A stretch of 64,000 nt of DNA from contig OZ260665.1 in NCBI GenBank assembly GCA_965285935.1, forward strand, positions 74,462,001 through 74,526,000, read 5' to 3'. The translations under genes were made by a program, and so were the position numbers. The notes under the pieces are model-generated. The model was given only the letters and a program-made list of their open reading frames with translations. It made no database searches and was not told the origin of the DNA. This DNA is from Ophelia neglecta. Lineage: Eukaryota. Numbering within the stretch: the first letter of the stretch is position 1; each line of letters starts with the position of its first letter. Shown here one piece after another: positions 24,774 to 38,374 of the stretch.

Positions 24774-27043
24774 AGAGTTAAATACAATGATGCCACTTAT
24801 GTCTAGGTCCCTATAAGGGGCCCTTTCTCTCTAGGTCCAACATTGGGCTTTTAAAAACTGTTTTAAAAGTGATCTATGCCCCTCCCTTTGGAGAGGGTAG
24901 TAAAACCTTATCTGGGATGAGGCCCTCAAACATTTATACCCTTGTACACCCATCCACATGGCTGAAAAAGAATCCACCTATTTAATAAAGGTGATTCAAG
25001 GCAGAAATTGAATATCCAAGTGTCCAGTCACTAACTCATGGTCAAATGGTCAGTGAGTATGCGGAGATTCAGCGACTTCCTCCCAAGCCATCCAGATGGC
25101 CGCCTCTTGTATGAATGGTCTCCAAAACTTTATTATGATTATATTCCGCCCAGTATAATTTGAGACTCTCTGCAAACTGTCCGTTGTGTGTATTTCATGC
25201 ATAATTTGAAGGTCGGCTGATATCAAATTTAATGAAATGTTGTTCACTGAAACTTTAAACCTTAATCCATTTGTGTTGTGACCCGGGAGGCCATGATATG
25301 AAAACCACTGCAAAAAAAGGAATTGAGTTCCTACCAAAGGCCTTGGATACTGAGGAGTGAATTCACTAGTGAAAAACTATTGACCTTTGACCCTCTAGGA
25401 TAATAGTGTCATGCACTCGCCGATCAGAATCAAAGATGGAGTTCACAACACGTTTTACCGTTTTACTGGTTTACTGAGAAAAAACACTGACAGGTGACTC
25501 ACAAGTTAGGCTATCAGGTAGAGATTATCTGGCTGAGGACTGAATGATACCACATCTACCAGCTCTAATCCACAGTGATCAGCCAATAATCCACATCTCC
25601 TATGTGATAATCCACAGAATCAGTGTGATAATCTGCAGACCACAACTTCTGAGATTCTGTTAGCATTTAATCGACTTTCAAATTAAATTGATCTTCATTG
25701 ATGGAAGAAGTTTACCCGTGAAACCTGCAGTGGCGTTACGTTCCTGGTTACATTAACAAAATGAGCAGTATCACTTATCCTGGAGTGAGTAATTGACTCA
25801 ATTTCTGAGCAAAGCTCAAATAAGAATACGATGCCGGGGAATTTCCTGGCAAAATCCTTGATGTTAAGTAATCAATGTAATGGTAGCTTTAGCAAATCGC
25901 ATGAAAATCACTAGGTGAAGCGAGCGACGGCTGTTTTTAATCAGGATAATGTTTTTCTCTGCAAACAGATCAGTAGCAGTTTCATGAAATATCTTCACAG
26001 GGGCCAACATGAGGTTTTGCACAAGGAGTGGAGGGGGGGGGGGGGGCTAACATGGAGAGGGTGGTAGGATAGTTGCCCCTGCCAGAGGGGGCCTAGTAGC
26101 TAATTCCCCAGACCCCCCCCCCCCATGTGATGGGACACCAATCACACCTTCAAGGCTCTTGAAAACAATTTGTCAAAAGATAATTGGTGTCCAAACTCCA
26201 ATGTGCCCCATCTAACCTGCCAGTACTCTACCGCTGTGAAAGATGGAGAGTTATGGAGAGATCAAGATGTCAGTTCTGGAAAGCTTAACATGAACGAGCC
26301 CACTTGTAACATTCAAACAACTGACACATAGACCAAGGGGGCATAGGCAAAACTTTGTGAAAGGGTCCCCCGAGATTTACCACTGAGGTAAATAAATAAT
26401 TAATTTTTAGATAATGCACCTTTTCATGTTCGGAAAGCAACGTAAACTTTTTTTATAAGCAAGGTCTTCCAAATACCACAGATAATAAACTGTATGAATC
26501 GTATGCCTCAGTGATTTACTCCTGATGGATTTTGATATAGTCAACACTTGTAGATCTAGACTGAGCATGATGAATCACTGAGTAACAATACTGAGTTAAA
26601 TTCTATTAAACGTCATTTTGCATTAAGTTTTAATCTATTGTGAAGTACTTGGTGAGCTCCCCAGACTGGATGGTCCCCTTGTAATATCAGCCAAACCAAT
26701 TCTCCCCACTCGCACACATCAGCATTCATTGGCCTCTGATCCCAGTCTGAGTCAAGCTCAGAGTCATCAAACTGTCTACTGAGCTCAGCCTCTAAGCTCC
26801 CCAGCCACACAAACCCTCATCAGTCTGCCATCACTTGTCTGTGAAGGTCCAGAAGACTCCAGACACCTGTCTGTTAAGGTCTATAAGTCACCCGACAGAT
26901 GCCATTCTCTACTCAACAGCCATCAAATAAAGCTTGGGTAGACAAATACTCTCAATGGTGAATTGGGAGGTTGTGGGGGGGGGGGGGAGTAAGAGATGGT
27001 CTTGAGGCCTATTCACAGGGGTGGGAGGTGTTTCCCTCCCGAA

Positions 27044-27199
27044 GGGGACCCATCTCCTGGCCCTCCGCCCCTAAATCCAAGGAAAAGTGGCCCTCAGAGG
27101 TACTTTTACATGGAAAAGATAGGACATGGGAATTCAAAAACTGTCCTGCCATCGCAGGTGGCTCTTCATCAGAGGGGCCCTACATTGCAGGGACCACTG
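27044..27199. mobile_element. Family B MITE, inverted relative to 52716, one end degenerate
   Basis: Ends in GGGCCCTACATTGCAGGGACCACTG-TA. The preceding ~90 nt are similar to the reverse complement of 52716-52806. Confidence 0.75.
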
Positions 27200-27804
27200 T
27201 ACTCCTAGTGTAATCCCTGCCAGTGTCAGACAGGTTGACATGTGATTTGCCCCTCATTCATCCCAACTTGGCTTCTGTGACCAGACACTTGATCAAATGA
27301 TGTGACTGTAAACCCAGAAATTTTCTTTGCAGGAAAATTTCACAAAATCATATTTCATCACATTCTTTCAAGACGAAATTAGATTGCTGAAGACAGACTT
27401 TTTCCTAAGCAAAGTAGGGCTAAGTAAGGAAACAGCTCATAGAAAATTTTGGAGAAGGTATTTTGCGATTCTTGCAAATCTTACTGATTTACAGCACCAA
27501 AAAGTTTAGGTGAAAACTGAACCAACACATGAAAACAGGGATTTATAACTCATCAGATCTGTAAGCTTGTTCACCCATTGACAATGTTCTTCATCATAGG
27601 GAACATACCAAATACCTCAATTTATCATTCTCATCCAATGATCAATTGGTAATTTAGCATCCAGCTCCTTGCCTAAATAAAAAGGTCAATCCACTCAACC
27701 ATTGCTCACTGTCGAAAAATCTTGAGCAGGTTCCAACAGATTCAGAGAACTCTTCGGACTACAAGAGACCTATGGTGTAAAACCATTCTCCTTTACATAA
27801 CCAG

Positions 27805-28045
27805 TACCCGCCCTCTGCCCCCAGACCCAAGTCTGGGTGTGGTTACCCATCCCACCCCCTCTCTATGCCCCCAGACCACCCTCTGGGTGAGGTCACCCAT
27901 CCCACATACTCCTTATACCCCCAGAACTCTCTCTGGAAGGGGTCACCCATCCCACACCCTGCCTATGGGGGGGTCACCCATCCCACACCCTGCCTTCCCC
28001 TCCAGACCACCCTCTAGGAAGGGTCACTCATCCCACACCCTCACA
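27805..28045. repeat. Degenerate tandem array of the GGTCACCCATCCCACACCC motif
   Basis: About 5 copies at 30-50-nt spacing. Confidence 0.75.
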
Positions 28046-29214
28046 GGGAAAGCACACCCTACTTTTGCAACCCTTGATCTCGAGATATACCTTTACCTTC
28101 CCCTGATTTGACCCCTAAGGGAGGCCTACTTAGACCTGCTCTGAGTATGTACAGCTTGTGTGTGAGGAAGTTGAGTTTGGCAGAGACAAGGTACATGTAG
28201 ATGATGTCTACAGTGTGATGTCATGCAGGGTCCAGTCCAATACAGGAATTGGGTCAACTCCTACTAGGTAGGGGTGCGATGGTTGGTCCCTCCCTGAGAG
28301 GTGTGGGGAGTAGGTGTGGGGGGGGGGGTAGGGGGCAGGGCTTTCGGGGGGCGGAGGGGAAGGCACCATGGGCCCCTCTGGGAGGGACCTGAACCCAAAT
28401 TCTTAAGATGTTGTCAGCTCCAGCAACATGTGAACACACAAGGTAACCCCTGTCCGTCTCTATCTCCCTCCAGAGTTATGTAGTGTTTGTGGGGGTATTC
28501 AGTAGGTTATAACCAGCCACTGCTTATCTAGGGATATCTGACAGCTTTGTTAGTGAAAAAATGAGAAAGCAGAATGTTTTTGAACACTCATCCTCAAATA
28601 GATATGTATCAGTCATGGCTGGTTGAAGCATATATAGTTCTTTGCAGTCACTAGCGATGGGTCTGTCCCTTCATTACCTTAGGGCTTGCTTTGCTACTCT
28701 CAAAAGTCAATTAAAACTGGTGTAATATCAAGGTAAGCCTACCGGTATATAAATTTAACATAGCAAGTAGAATGAGGTCAAATTAGCATTTCCATTTTAT
28801 AGCATGATTGACAGTTACTGATCCATCCTGACACACCAGCGCTTTGCCCCCTAATAAAGTATTCTGATCATCCACACTCAGATTGGCATAAACTACTGGC
28901 ATGGAATTGACTTATCCTGTTTAACAAAGCTTCAGTATCAGACCAGAAGCACATGGATGTCTCAGGCTTATAAATAATGAGCAGACATGAGTCCCGAGGG
29001 GGAAAGGGGAATGACAAGGGGATGCTTTTGTCAACTGAAAGTAACTAACAGTGACTTAGCTAGTCATCAGACCTGGTCCTAGATACATAACAGTAGACTA
29101 CAAGGATTGATCTAGAATGCTTGTAGGGTGAGGGATGGGTGTTCCTTCCCACAGGCACACACTCTGGGGGTACATCAAACAGAGCAATTTGCAGCTCATG
29201 CATCAAGTACCAAG

Positions 29215-29745
29215 TCCCCCACCACCCCAAAGAGGGGTCTGGCCCCTTGTCCCCCAACATTCAAAGGGGTGGGATGGCCTGCTGTACCCAAGGAGGGATC
29301 TGGTCGTCTATCCCCGACCACCCCAAGGTGAAGTCTGGCTCCCCTGTCCCCCACCGCCCCAAGAAAGGGTCTGGCCCCATTCTCCCACCACCCCAAAAGG
29401 GGGTTTGGCCCTCTTGTCCCCCACCATCCCGAGGAAGGGTATGGCCCCATTCCCCCACCGCCTCAAGGAAGGGTCTGGCCTCATTCCCCCACCGCCTCCA
29501 GGAAGGGTCTGGCCCTCCTGTCCCCCACCATCCCGAGGAAGGGTCTAGCCCAATTCCCCCACCGCCTCAAGGAAGGGTCTGGCACCATGTCTCCCACTGC
29601 CACAAGGAAGGGTCTGGCCCCTTTCCCCACCCCCAAAGAACATGTCTGGGCCCCTGCGCCCTCGCTCCCAACCCTAAGAAGGAGTCTTGGTCCCTGCCCC
29701 CCCCCCTGCCCTAAGAAGGAGTCAGGTCCCCTATACCCCACCTCC
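29215..29745. repeat. C-rich degenerate tandem array, ~31-35-bp unit
   Basis: Recurrent CCCCACC(A/G)CCYCAAGGAAGGGTCTGGCCC. Confidence 0.85.
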
Positions 29746-32700
29746 ACATTCTCCTAGAGCTGCCCCAATCTCCCAGCAGCTTTAGTCCTCATCAGTCCAG
29801 TCTGATGACCAAATAAAATCTGAGGAGGGAAATTTACACCACAGAGACAGAGTAATGAGATTCTCTATAAAATAAAGATGATTTCACAGCAAATTGAGCA
29901 AATCAGGTGTTGAGCAAATCTAGGTCATGCTGCCCCCTGCCCCACTGTGTACTCAACTGAGCCTGAAATCTAATCAGCCCAGGCTCAAAAGTTTGTTGGG
30001 CAAATTTCTCCAGGGGAAAAATAAAGCAGAAATTGAATTAGAGAGCAAAATTGGAATAGAACCTAGTCAGGGGTGGGCGTTATTACCGTTTGTGTGATCA
30101 TACACACAAATTTAGAGGCAATGACGAAGGATGGGCAATGGACTGCAGGACTGAATACTAGGGAGTCCCTTACAGAGGAAATGAGACAGGCAGAGGATTG
30201 GGTGCTAGTAAACTGAGCTCCATTTATATGCTAGGCATACTCCAAGCTTCCTGCCAGCATCACTTTAACACAATAAAACATGTCACAGAAGGCCAGATTT
30301 TGCTAGAATTTTCTAAAACAGAGTCTTGTATCATGACCAGGGGGTGTGGGTGCCTCCTCCCAGAGGGGGAGGGGGGAGGAGGGGGGGGGGCTGAGGGCTT
30401 AGGCCCCAGACCCCCCCCCCCCTTGGTAGCTAGGAGGCATGCTTAAAAACACACTGGGAAACATGTAGAAGAGATGGAAAACAGGAGGGATAGAGGCAGA
30501 AATGCAGAAACCTCATACATAGAGAAGAAGCATGCCACAAAGTAATAACCTCGTGGGGGCCTGACTTGTGTCTTTCACACCAGTAAAATGATGGATCAGG
30601 AGAATATAGAATATTAAATTTCCATACAGCTATCCACAAGTGGCAAATCTTGGATATAAAGGCATCAAAGTAAAAAGGATATGGCTGGAATTCACTTTAT
30701 AATTTACCATTGGGGAACAATGTAAGACTTTTTATGATGGAGTGTATAGGGAAATTTCTATAAAAGCTTCCAAGCAGAGTCCAATTACATGACTGGGATG
30801 TCATTCAACATGTTCAATGGCCATTTTCTAGTCACTTTATGCTGTTGATGGAAAATTCATGCATGTATTGGTCATTGATTCTCCAATATGAACTTGATAC
30901 TTGGGCCGGATGGGACTGAATGGAGTAACGGCCAAATCGTGTAGCGGCTAATACGTGCAGCTAGTTACCAGTAAACCGCATTGTGTTCATGCATGCCTGA
31001 CCATAAACAAAGTGAAATCAGGTAAATCGTGGAGTTTGTTCCACCAATCACGATGTGGTCAGGTTGTCAAAGCTATGGGCACGTGCAGTGACAATAGTGC
31101 CTCAATCAGAAGCTAGAAAAATTATTTAATTATCAAATAAAACAGCCTGTAATTGCACCGACACCGTGCCGATCTGAAGCTGAAATGGGTTGTAATTACC
31201 ACTTGGAGCATCAGCAAGGCCTTCACCTGTAAGTTCAGCCAGCATGACCGAACAACAGGAAATTATTGTGGTCGAAATGGGTGAAAAGGCGAGGGGCTAG
31301 AAAGAGCAGGTAAATGGCAGAGTGCCAGACATGCCGCTGGTTTCTTGACGGGCAGTTTGAATAACCTTCGTACTGACGTAGATGGAACTCCCATGAAAAC
31401 AAGACCCCAGCTCTGCAGGCCGAGCCTCCATGAGAAGGTTATGGGGGGAGTTCTACTATGTAGGGTAGCAGGTAACTCTATATGGATAATAGACTATTTA
31501 TTTTCAATATATACATGCATCCATTGAGAGGCAGTGGATGAAAATAGTTTGTTTGTCAGTTGATCTGCCTTGCCTCATACCTGGCCTAGGTACACTTTGA
31601 CCTCCTGTGACATCTCTAATCAAAACTTACACTGTCCGGGGTATTTTGGGAAAGTCTTTGGGGGGAGGTAGGATGGTCTAAAAGGGTGGTGTAAACCCTA
31701 ACCTGATGGGAGTGGGATGGGAGTCCCCTCCCAGAAGGGTGGGAGGAGGGATGGGCTGAAACCCCAGCCACCCTACTGGTAAAAGACACTCATTCCACTC
31801 CTAAGCTCCCACCCCACACCCACACAGTGTCCTCCGGAGGAGCCACTTGCGGATTCACAAGGGTAGGTCTTTACCGTGCGCCCCCCTCTAGATCCAGCCT
31901 CCAGTCCCAGCCAACCACACAGGCCTAGCTGTTTTCAATCCTATGTTAACTGTCGATGGGTCAGGCGACCCTGAGGTAAGACATCCTTCAGGATGGGCAG
32001 CTGCTTAGACCAATGTTTGCCAGGCAAAATGATCGCTGACAAGCTCGTGTTAAAACCACCCTTGAAAGAGCAGTGTCAAGTTCACCATTCATTTCAAAGT
32101 TTACAAATCCTCACCGACTTTTCTTGTAGGTAGATTCAAACATCTAACTGTTTTTCTTGCCAAAGTGAGAGTTGGGATGAGATTTCCAGAGTAAATAACG
32201 TGACAATTCAGCTCTACACTCACCCGATTGTACAAGGCTACAAACTATTTGGAAAAAGATAGACACAATTGATTTCATTTTAAAGTAGTGAATGATCTGG
32301 TTATCCCAGGTAAACATACCAAGGAAATCACCAGGCATGCTCTTTGTGGGTCGCATCGAGAAATGTTTTGAACTTGAAGAAAGTACAAAAGGAAAGGAAC
32401 TATAGAAAACACTGGGTTAATTCCCAAACAGAGACTGATCTGTCATCGGTGGGTGGCAACACACAATTAACAAGCCTAAAAACCTACATACAACAATCTG
32501 ACACATCATACTATAAGTTTTGATGGCGATGAAGTATTTCCTTCTGAAAGAAAGCTTCGATATCCGACGGCGGATTGTAGATAATAAAACGGGTGTGCTT
32601 TCACAAAGTTTTGTCTTTCACTTATGTTCAAGATAATAAGAAAATGTATGTATATTTTTCTCCCCACTTCACTTACTGCACACTGGAATTCACTGAGGTT

Positions 32701-35700
32701 TACACACAGTACCACTTGTGCAGTGTCACAAAACTACTATGGTGAAGTAGTACATACTACTTCTGAGATCTGGAAAACTGTGTAAACAGTTCAGATCCAC
32801 AAATTCCAGTGTACTTGTCATGTCAAATTATTTTTGAATTCTTTATTATCAACATATACATGATGTGGTAGCTAAACAATGTCTCATTGGAGCTAAAAAT
32901 AGGTGTACCAACTTGAATACACTATAATTATAAACTGTTCAAATGGGAAAAAGGCTCATTTAATTAAAATGTGAAAGAAATCAATCATCTTTACAACATG
33001 AAGGTAAATACTTGAAATATCAATGACACCCCCTTTGAAAATAAACTGCAGATGTAATGAATAGATATACAACAGAGGGTTAAAAAGAGACTCGTGTATA
33101 CCAGTTTGAGGGAACATGAGTGTTAATTATGACTGGTCTATTGTGAGCCTACTTCAGTTCTCAATGGTCATGTCTTAAGACATTATTATTTAGATTTTAA
33201 TATAGGATGTTGTGGCGGCTATGAAGGTGGTAGAGCGTTTAAGGGAGACAAGGGCATCCAGAGCCTCATTTATATACAAGCTGCTTTCAGTTCTAGGCCT
33301 TCAGGTAGTGTGCTGGCTGTCCAGATGAGATGGGGTCTGTGGGCTGAGTGTGTGATGGGGGCCCTCTCCTACAGGGGTTCTGGGGGCTGAGAGGGTGTAT
33401 AATGCATGTCCCCTCCCAGAGGGAGTCTTGGGGCTTTGCTCCCAGCACCCAAGTGAAACCTGACCACTTTTATAACATCCTAGATATGTCCCTAGGGTCC
33501 CACCACTGAAACAGAACATTAAACTAACTTAATGAGTCTATTGAAGTCTACCTCAGCATTACAATGAGCAGCATCGAATAAAAAAACATTCATATAATAG
33601 TCTTTTAATTCAATCAGTGGTATTGAAACTTCTCCCATAATGACTTTTAATGACTTTTAATTACAATGTTATGACTAAGAAGGGCTGGCACTTGTTTTTT
33701 ATTGACTGTCTCAGTGTGACTGTCATTTTAATTTGCTTCATTCCTACCCACTGAACTATCACAGTTCTATATTTTTGTGGGGAACTAGTAGCCATTTATG
33801 ATTTTGAATTTCATATTTAGAAGTCAAATGTGGAAGCCATTTTAAAAAAGCAAAGGTTTATGGAACCTTCTTTTACCTATTGAACCACTAACCTTTTATC
33901 TTCCTTTACTGATACTTTTTAGTCAGAAATCATCTGACCCATCCACCTAGAAGACTTTTATGAAATAGAGTTCAATAATCACACTATTATCCCCATGTTA
34001 ATAAAAATAGACAGTACAATAGATAATATATAAACTATATCCAACTTAAGACACGAAATGGCCCACATGGTGCTTATGTGTCTTTAAGCCCCAAAAATCC
34101 ACATCCTTTTAGAAGTCAAAATATATACAAAATGATGAAACTGGTGTGGTGCCTTAACTATTATAGTTATAGGGGTCATTAGGTTTTCATCGGTGGTACA
34201 TAAATAGTATTACTGACGACAGTTTGATACAATTCACTGACATAAACTGAGTGTCTAACAAGCTCAGGGACCCTGTCTGGTGCTGGACAGCGCCTTCAAA
34301 GGTGATACATGCAGGATGGGACCTGACAGAAGCAGACTCTCCTAGATACTGGACAGACTCACATTATAGTCTACTCCATCCACTGTCAATGGTGATTGAT
34401 GTTCATATCTAGATAATGTTCATAATACTTACCTATGTACAGAAAGCAGTGAGACACTGAGCTGATAGGTTATCCAGGCCAGCTGAGGCCAGCTTTACTT
34501 TAAACTTAATTTCTTGTGACTAATACCTCAAACCTGAGATTAAACTATGTACCCGAGATGTTTTACAAGTGGTGATATATCAAGGACTTGTATGATATGT
34601 TTATGGTACAACAGCCCCTCTGAGGGGCACCTAAAGGCCCTTGAGGGAGGGGAAGGGGGGGGGGTCTGAGGGGCACCTAAAGGCTCTGGAGGGGGGACTC
34701 TTAGAGGGATATAAATGCTCTTGAGATGGGGGGGGGGCAGCTTTTACAGTGACAGATCTCCTCTGGGACGGGTCACCCATCCCACCTCTAAAAAGCTCTG
34801 AAAAGAAACTCGTGGGGAAAAAAAAGGAAAAGGTACCCCCAAGCCACCCCAAAAGCTATGAATCTTTATGAGATCAGAGGCTGACACTTCATTTCACTTT
34901 AATTGAGAATGGTTCTGGAGACAAAATGAATGTGCACTGCAGGGGGAAAAAAACTATATTTTAGTAGGATGAGCCTTTAATGGCTTGATAAACACCAATA
35001 AAAGTAGGCTTGGGAACCTCTTAAAATCAAATCCTGTCTAGAACCGGGAATACCAAGACAAACATGTCAAATCAGATATATAGCCACGACTGATTGAGAG
35101 CAAATAAAAACAACCAGACAAAAATAAGTTATTTTTTAGTCCTGCACTTTGTTCGATAGGTTATTGAAAATTCTAATTACATGCACAAATTCCGTCACAT
35201 CTTACTTCACTTTGTTTATGAAAACATCACGTGATTCTGACACTATAGCAGCACACTAATGTACTTTAACAAAGCCATAATGTCTTCACATGACATCAAG
35301 TTGTCAGGGTATTTGTTAAAATTCAGTACATAATTTTTTTATTTAAATCATGACACTGTGTGGTAAAACTCGTCAAATCCTGTCTGCTCAAACCCGTCAC
35401 AATTCAGCCCACGTTCTGTGAAATTCCCTGGGCACTTTTTCAGGTTTATACAAACAGAGTTTTGACCACATCTATGTACTAGGCCTGTGGCAGCATGAGT
35501 CACAGTTTTGTCAGGACACACAAGACGGCTAATACTAGACATCAAAGCCTAGTCTCCTACACCCACTGGTGAGAACTACAAATACAACACATCTCTGATA
35601 GCCTGTGTCTGTCACAGCTCCAAACCAACACACTGCCTTAGTACATAGCTGTACACCAGGAAATGTTTACAAACAAGAAAATTTTGCAAATCATATTTCA

Positions 35701-36019
35701 CTACAGGGCTTGACATAAGCAGTTGCCCGACTGCCCAGGGCAAGTAATAATGAAAGTCGGTCAAGTGAATTTCAGCTTTATTAAAATGTAACACATGCAG
35801 CAGGGCTGAGATTTTAAGTTTTGGGCAAGTAGTTTTTAACCTGTTGGGTGCCAAACAAATATGCTAATTTGAAGTCTGTAAAGTGCCACAAGAATAAGCA
35901 TATTTTCCAAAGATTTATGTCTGCTTATTACAATGCAGAGTTTATGGACAACTAAATATCCCCAAAATATTTACTTAAAGGGCAGAACTCAGCAATGATA
36001 TAGAAAAAAACTCCAGTGG

Positions 36020-36140
36020 AATAGGAGCTGATATGATGTTAGGGCACTCTTTTTTATACAGAATAGTAGGTATAATATAGAGCCTATTTTAGGGGCCCTT
36101 GGCACTTTACCTACATCAAAAGTACAGCCGATTTTAAAGT
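36020..36140. repeat. Dispersed repeat, copy 1 (copy 2 at 44565-44682)
   Basis: Shares AATAGGAGCTGATATG...CAGAATA..AGGTA..ATATAGAGC...AGGGGCCCTTGGCACTTTACCTA.ATCAAAA with the second copy. Confidence 0.75.
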
Positions 36141-36654
36141 TAGGTTAGGCCCTGCACTATATATTTCACTACAATATTTCCTGCCTGAATACTGTGAGGC
36201 CAGAGAGTGCTTTCCCAAAGAAAGAAAGGCCGCCTGCCGAAATCGCTGGCAGGAAAATGTCGTGATTTTCGCAATGCCTGCAAAAATTACCTGCTTGTGA
36301 AAATTCCTGATTTGCTGAGTGAACAATGACTTATAGTCTAAAAACGTCCTGTTATCATATCATGTTCACCTGTATAATACATTTACACATGTCAAAACCC
36401 AGGTTATTGCTCTGTGTAAGGTAAGGTTATTTCCTTGTTTTTCCTACACAATAAAGGTCAAGATCCGTTGACAAATATTTTAGATAAAATTGCATTATGC
36501 AAGCAATCATGACTTGGTTGTGGTAGAATCAGGTGTTGTATGTATTCATAACAAGCAGGTATTCTTCACCCCACACAAGGAAGTCCTTGAGCACATTCCT
36601 CCAATCAAAATAATTGTTGAGAATTTTACATCAATCTTGTTTGAACAAACTCAC

Positions 36655-36763
36655 CTTTCAACAGAGACTTCAGTTCTTTTGCTGCTCTCGAGGTAGTGAA
36701 TTTATTTACAATATCCAATGCCGTTTGGTCGTAGGAATTTGGTCGGTTCACATCTATTCCACA
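36655..36763 (-). CDS. CASKIN: Caskin last ankyrin/linker exon ([37 protein letters not shown]), phase 0 to 1
   Basis: 109 nt with TTGTTTTCAG| acceptor and G|GTGAGT donor. Matches Caskin [37 protein letters not shown]. Absent from the ORF track. Confidence 0.94.
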
Positions 36764-36874
36764 CTGAAAACAAATAAATAAAATAAATACCTAATATAAT
36801 AATAGCAGCACATTACAATACAGTGGGGATCTGGATTTATACAGTGTTTGTGGGGTCAGGTTAAACAGGGGGGA

Positions 36875-37385
36875 CGGGATGGGTGTGGGGGTCTGGGGGC
36901 TGTGTTGGATGGGTGTGTCCTCCAATAGGGGGGGCTGGGGGTTGCATGGGATGGGCATGCCCTCCAAGAGGGGGTCTGGGACTGTGTGAGATTGGTGTGC
37001 CCTCCAAGAGGGGGGTCTGGGGGTTGCATGGGATGAGTGTGTCCTCCAAGAGGGGGGTTTGGGGGCTGTGTGGGAGGGTGTGTCCTCCAAGAGGGGGTCT
37101 GGGGGCTGTGTGGGATGGGTGTACCCTCCAAGAGGGGGGTCTTGGACTGTGTGGGATGGGTGTGCTTCCAAGAGGGGGGTCTGGGGGCTGTGTGGGAGGG
37201 TGTGTCCTCCAAGAGGGGGTCTGGGACTGTGTGGTATGGGTGTGCCCTTCCAGAGGGGTTCTGGGGATGAATGTGGGATGGGTGTGTCCTCCAAGAAGAA
37301 GTCTGGGGCTGTGTGGAATGGGTGTGCCCTTCCAGGGGGGGGTTTAGAGAGGGTGTGCCTTCCCAGAGGTGGGGTCTGGCGGTGT
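36875..37385. repeat. G-rich tandem array, ~40-bp unit, ~12 copies
   Basis: Unit approximately GTGGGATGGGTGTGTCCTCCAAGAGGGGGTCTGGGGGCTGT. Confidence 0.9.
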
Positions 37386-38039
37386 AGAGAGGGTGGGAGT
37401 TGGGGGTCAGATAGGTATATCCTCCTAGAGGATGGGGATTTGGAGGATAAGCCATCTTGAAGGGAAACTTGTGGAGAGAGGGGGGGTCTTGACCCCTACC
37501 ACCTCCCCTCCCCCACCTCCTCCCCCCACCTCCACCAACCCCCCCCCCCCACACACACACACCATAACCCCCACCATATATCCACTTGTAACTTTCCATA
37601 CTGTTTTCAGCCTGCTGATCCCAGTAACCTTCTGTGTTTGGTATCCGTACATTATATCAACATATTTATTCAGGTAAGAGAGCCAGGGTACAGGTTAATC
37701 CTAAACTAAATGCTTATACTACCACATGCCTGGATTAAACACAAATACATCAGTGGGATTTAAAGTAGAGCTGAATTGGATAGACATACCTAAACATAGA
37801 ATAACTGGCATAACACACAGCATAGACAAGCCAGTATAAGTCACAGAGGTAGTGGGTGGCTACACTAAACATCAGGCTGCTACACAATACATAAGGTGGT
37901 GGCTTTACACCTCTACCTAATACAGCCTTGTTCTGCTTCTGATAAACACTACACTTTAAATTGAGACATTATTCTGCAACTATTGGCCTATAACTAGAGC
38001 TTACTGTATAATTCTCTTCTGATAAACTCATACATAGCC

Positions 38040-38374
38040 TCAAGGCCATCTCTATAATCAGACCACCTGTCAATTCAGACCACCAATATGAGGATTTTGC
38101 TGTATACAGTGAAATCTGGCTCACCTCTATAGTCAGACCATCTGTCAATTCAGACCACTAATATGAGGACCATGCTGTATATTTTCAATGTAAATTAACC
38201 TGTCTAAACAGACCATCCCCAAAATCAGACCAGTATTTTTCAGTCCCTTCGGTGGTCTTAATTCACAGGTTTCACTGTACTTTCAATGCAAAATAACCTG
38301 TCTAAACAGACACCTGAAAAATCAGACCAGTATTCTCCAGTCCCTTTGGTGGTCTTAATTTACAGGTTTCACTG
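38040..38374. mobile_element. Family A MITE with a second family A copy (38107-38277) nested inside it
   Basis: Inner copy runs CAGTGAAATCTG...CAGGTTTCACTG with TA at 38105-06 and 38278-79. Removing it restores GCTGTATACTTTCAATG, matching the inner copy's own GCTGTATATTTTCAATG. The outer 5' TIR is degenerate. Confidence 0.8.

Noticed and set aside
23607-24796. Three long ORFs (194, 355 and 363 aa) with 17-aa periodicity
   Set aside because: They are by-products of a 51-bp (3x17) minisatellite. Several frames on both strands are open at once, there is no unique flanking domain, and some units carry stops in the plus frame.
28375-28440. B-box-like GGTTCAGGTCCC on the minus strand (possible SINE head)
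   Set aside because: No matching A box or SINE body; it sits within a G-rich repeat island.
36791-37677. Cluster of Pro/His- or Gly/Val-rich ORFs (also 29060-29747, 54941-55710 and 4250-4642)
   Set aside because: These are translations of G/C-rich repeats that lack stops for compositional reasons.
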